Shown here: positions 61,645-64,000 of the stretch, piece after piece
How the letters are laid out: each line of letters begins with the position of its first letter
Numbering within the stretch: the first letter of the stretch is position 1
From: Raillietiella orientalis
Taxonomy: Eukaryota
Reading direction: 5' to 3'
Assembly: GCA_036172245.1 (NCBI GenBank)
Contig: JAYWIR010000032.1
Location: 868,001-932,000 of the forward strand
DNA: 64,000 nucleotides
Notes under the pieces: model-generated
The model's database searches: none
Told to the model about the DNA's origin: nothing
The model's input: only the letters and a program-made list of their open reading frames with translations
Position numbers and translations under genes: made by a program

Positions 61645-62649
61645 CTGGAAAGATCGGGCAACATTAAGGGTCGGGCGACGGGTTGTCGGGCGCGCGCTGC
61701 GCGGCTGCCCGCGACACCCCGCTCGAAGAGGCGGGTCGTACTCCCGCTCTGGATCCAACGCAGGCGCACGGGAAGAAGCATTCTTTCCGTATCCCTCACA
61801 TAGATTCAACAAGAGGGAAAAAGCTCCCCCCGCGAGGCAAAGAAGGAGAAGAAATGCTGAGATGAGCGCTCGGGGAGCAGCGCTTTGCGAGGAGGAGGAA
61901 GTGGAACTGAAAGAGTTGGATGGACTATGTTCTTGCTCACAGGGAACAAAAGGAAATGGCGGAAGACACGTTCGGAAGGCTCGTGCCTCCATCATCGCAG
62001 CAGCGATGAGGACGGCCGGTGCTGGTGGCGAAGTGGTTCGGTCGCCATTCGATCCCGTGGTGCGGCGACCAGCTGCTTCGCTGGATGAGATTCGCCGCCG
62101 TCGCATCTTCTGGTCACGGCAAGAAACCGCCGAACGCGCAAGTCTGCTTCCTCTAGAAACCCAGAGTTAGGAGTGGACCATGCGTATGCATTGACGGAAG
62201 AAGGACTTCACCATCCCCTTCATGACCTTCGATGGTGCGCATGCTCAAGTTCGGTGCACGCCTGTCCTTCCGCGCGTGGCTTGCACCGTCCGCTCATCCC
62301 GCGGGACGCTTGCCGGCAGCTGCGCATCCCTGCCGGTGATACAATACGGGTCTCGGTTTCGCCGGACGTGGGCGGCGGGGGACCCCACATTTCCAGCCTC
62401 CTGACGGACAAGAGCAACGCCGGCTCTGGATGAACCCTTGTAGGTTCACCTCTGGTGGCAGATTGCGTGCGTTCAGAGGAGCGCAAATCGCCGAGCCACG
62501 GGACCGCATCACCTCATCGCCAGCACCGCCAACAGCGACGGCATTTGCCACGAGCACCGCATCAGTGCCACCATTGAATCACCATCATTGATGCGTTGAT
62601 GGCGGTGGCGGTGACCACAGAAGGTCTGTGCCTCCCGATGCTGGCTAGT

Positions 62650-64000
62650 CAACGGGAACCTACGGTCTCCGGAGCGCGCAAGCACCATACCGGTTCCACG
62701 CTCGAAACCTGCGAAGCAGCCTGCGGGAGGAGATGAACAAACTGAAGACCCTCGAGGGTCGTATATTCTCGGAGTTGGCTCTTTGATGCGTTTCTTTTAA
62801 AGGCCAGTAGCAGCCTTGCGGGAAAATCGTTGCCCCCGGGATGGTGCAGATCTTTTCGGATTCTCCTGCTTTTGCTGGTTTCCTCCCAGCTGTTTTTTTT
62901 TTTTTCAAGGAAGGGGGGAGGTTCCCGGGGAATGCTGAAGAATGCCCAGGCGAGCACTTCCCGCCCCCCCAGGGGGAGGGAAACTCGCGGAGCTCTTTAC
63001 CACTGTCCACGAAGGCGCTTGTGATTCTTTAGGTCGGAGGGTGACCCCGTAGGGACCATCTTATGGATCTAGGAAGGTTTCCGAAAAAGGAGTCCCTCTT
63101 CTCTTGCGCTTCGGAGAGAAACCACGCCCTTATTCTCTCCAAATGAGTCCCCATAGGGAGCAGCGCTCTTCTCCACACTTCTGGAGAGGTATTGGTCCAC
63201 TAGCTTTATGGTGCGACTTGGAGAGCCCCCTCCGAGGAGGAAGACGGCTCCATCTTCACAACCGGAGGGGTTCCTTGATTCCTGGAAGAATCCCGGAAGG
63301 TCAACTTCCAATCCCGGCCATGTTCTATGGTGGCATCCGGTTTTCACCAGTGTTGCATCTGAAACCTACAGACCAACCAGCGCCATCTTGCTGGAAGAGA
63401 CTCGAAACCCAGACGCATCTTCCGTTCTGGGAGTCGGCCCTTCTCCGGACGGGATTCGAACCCGCGACGCTAGGTTGCTTGGCTGCAGGCGTTGATTTTT
63501 TGAGGGTATTCGAACCGGCGGTGCCAGGTGCTGCGCGCGGCGGCCGTAACCACACGGCCACCAGCGCAGGCACACGGAGCCACTCGCCTGGAGGTTTCCC
63601 GCCAGGGACTCTGGCAATCTTCGTCCTGACACAGCATCCGGCTTATGACCTCTAGGACGCCACCTCTCAGGCGCATCTCAGGCGCGAGAACGCGATTGCG
63701 CCACAGAATGCCCATGCGGGCAGCTCCCGGCCAACAACAGGATGAACCGGAGTGTTCCCTGAGCTGAGGAGCTCCGGAAATCCGTGCATCCCCCTCCCCT
63801 TGCCTTCGTGGTCGTCCCGAGCTTCGCCTCGATTCCTGCCAAGCGAACGCGCACTCCGGAAGCCTTCACGACCATCGCGCACGAGGCCGAGCATCTGCAC
63901 CGTCCCGAATTAATCCCTCCACAATGGGGGAAAGTCGATTTGGCCGGGTTGGCGGCAGCTGGAAACCCGGGAGAGGCCAGGCGGAACGGCCTGGAGTGTT
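62650..64000 (-). mobile_element. LINE 5' region with 5' module (three B-box-like/GFES units) and ORF1-like remnant
   Basis: Reverse complement has GGTTCGAATACC, GGTTCGAATCCC and GGGTTTCGAGTCTC, then CAAGATGGCGCTGGTTGG and TTCTTCCAGGAATCAAGG. Confidence 0.7.

Noticed and set aside
1..64000. Intact autonomous retrotransposon or prokaryotic/viral system (Cas, retron, defence operon, rRNA)
   Set aside because: No intact YADD-containing RT ORF, operon-like structure or rRNA signature was seen; all TE ORFs are broken by stops and frameshifts.

Overview
Eukaryotic (animal, probably arthropod-like) genomic DNA; nothing here looks prokaryotic. There are two host genes, both on the - strand. (1) A complete 19-exon Mediator subunit MED23 gene (30311-36097, about 1338 aa) sits in an AT-rich, CpG-poor island. 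Fourteen of its 18 introns are 38-57 nt and its last intron is U12-type (minor spliceosome). (2) The 3' exons of an ADAMTS-like/madd-4 (nolo/punctin-type) TSP1-repeat gene span 54978 to about 61644, and its 5' part lies beyond the window. Most of the rest is GC-rich debris from about 20 decayed copies of one L1/Tx1-like non-LTR retrotransposon family. These copies share a 5' module that reads both as tRNA B-box-like DNA and as a GFES peptide repeat, and a non-poly(A) 3' end made of AATAAA plus a hairpin. Also present are a REL-endonuclease-type (NeSL/Utopia-like) retroelement fragment, a TA-flanked pogo/Tigger-like MITE and low-complexity repeats. The best unexplained candidate is a ~270-nt densely base-paired GC-rich element (29662-29944) just past the MED23 poly(A) signal, possibly an unannotated structured RNA. 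TE coordinates are approximate and family assignments rest on recalled motifs, not database searches.
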